Positions 63,009 through 64,000 of a stretch of DNA of 64,000 nt are shown piece after piece. Origin of the DNA: Blastocystis sp. Blastoise (lineage: Eukaryota > Protista > Bigyra: Opalinata); NCBI GenBank assembly GCA_039096225.1, contig JBBPEB010000014.1, forward strand, positions 1,922,001 to 1,986,000, written 5' to 3'. The notes below the pieces were generated by a model. It saw nothing but the letters and a program-made list of their open reading frames with translations. It was not told the origin of the DNA and did no database searches. A program made the translations under genes and the position numbers. Within the stretch, counting starts at the first letter, position 1. Each line of letters starts with the position of its first letter.

Positions 63009-63935
63009 ATTAGCGTTATTAATAATGTTATATATTACAGTACTACTATTATCATAATTATAATACTATATATTATAATAAAACATTATATATATATATA
63101 TATACCGGGTAAATGATAATTGCTATCATTTTGGAGACGTGGAGTTTCATTATAAACAATATCTATAGTATCTATATGATTACCTATATATATATACATA
63201 TATAGATATACATTATATATATACATATATAGATATACATTATATAATATATATACGTCTAGATAATATAGATTGACGAACATAAGTGTTAGGTTCTAAA
63301 TCTATTTTATTGATATCAGAATCTTTCGTTTCTTTGATAATATATGCTACAAAAAAAAATATTACTATGAAATAAAAAAAAATTAAAAAATACTTTTTTC
63401 ATTTGAATCACTGGATTCTGAGTGTTTTGAGAAAGAAAAATATGTAGCTTTCGAATGCAAACTACTATGATCTGATTTAGCTAATTTTCGATACGATGAT
63501 GAATTTGAATTTGTAGTAATATTGAAAGATTCAGAAATTTCGGAAGTGACAGAACTATTTTTAGAAAGGTTTCTATTCACAGAAGTAGAATTTTTTGAAT
63601 TTTGAGATATAGTCACTGCTGATTCTACTCTTCCAAATAGAGATAATTCCGACGTAGTATTGTTTACTACATCTTCTGACCTAGAAGTGTCTTTATAGAT
63701 ATTAGATGATTTTAACTCTTGAGTTTTTTCCAAACTAAACAAAACAACTTCTTTACCAAAGTTCATATATATATCGTGATTTCTAGAATCATGCATTCCA
63801 GAATTGGCAAATGTCTATTAAAAAAATTTATGAGAATGAAAAAAGAAATACTAATGATATCGTTTTTACATAATACGAAATAAATTCGAGAGATGCAATA
63901 GATATTATCAACAGGATACAGCTTAATAAGTTCAT
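61218..63935 (-). CDS. Type-II membrane GT-B glycosyltransferase, fucosyltransferase-like (NodZ/FUT8/GT37-type motifs)
   Basis: N-terminal signal anchor, Ser-rich stem, then DGIYNLRFGLLTALVYSL, IGIQIRTG, WLIISDS, ENELLSLCDMIIRTPISSFGHFAAIL. Confidence 0.72.
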
Positions 63936-64000
63936 ATTAATTGCAAATGAAAAAGAAAACGAAACTGAAAATCTGATAAATTCTAAAAACCCATAAAATT

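Overview
Very AT-rich, intron-dense eukaryotic DNA. It is most consistent with a gut stramenopile of the Blastocystis/Opalinata group; this is an inference from gene families (putative-Ig/Cys-repeat surface protein, bacterial-type ChW and UPF0173 genes) and ~37-45 nt first introns. I reconstructed 12 host protein-coding genes by hand splicing: an EF-hand protein, a QxxDGSW alpha/alpha-toroid protein, two ChW-repeat paralogues, a large Ig/Cys-repeat surface protein, a UPF0173 metallo-hydrolase, ARL6IP4/SR-25, an AT-hook bZIP, a ~50-intron Piezo, a TAZ-like/poly-Asn/ADA1-TAF4-type histone-fold protein, a coiled-coil pseudokinase and ARMT1. A 13th gene is a GT-B fucosyltransferase-like protein. 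The window also holds a U1 snRNA gene, an intact Tc1 (DD34E) transposon, and an unannotated 2.8-kb TIR element with an ATAA target duplication. Most short ORFs in the track are (TA)n/(TAA)n artefacts. The most unusual biology is in splicing. Gene-body introns are bounded by self-complementary (TA)n tracts (GTATATAT...ATATATAG) with no polypyrimidine tract, and one is purely G(TA)38G. Promoter-proximal introns are short and repeat-free. Piezo carries three U12-type AT-AC introns. Other notable signals are a perfect heat-shock element inside the Tc1, a recurrent GC-rich palindrome (ATTCCCRYGGGAAT) in exons in several frames, and an FN3 plus PH-like insertion in Piezo. All gene models are manual and unverified by transcripts or database searches.
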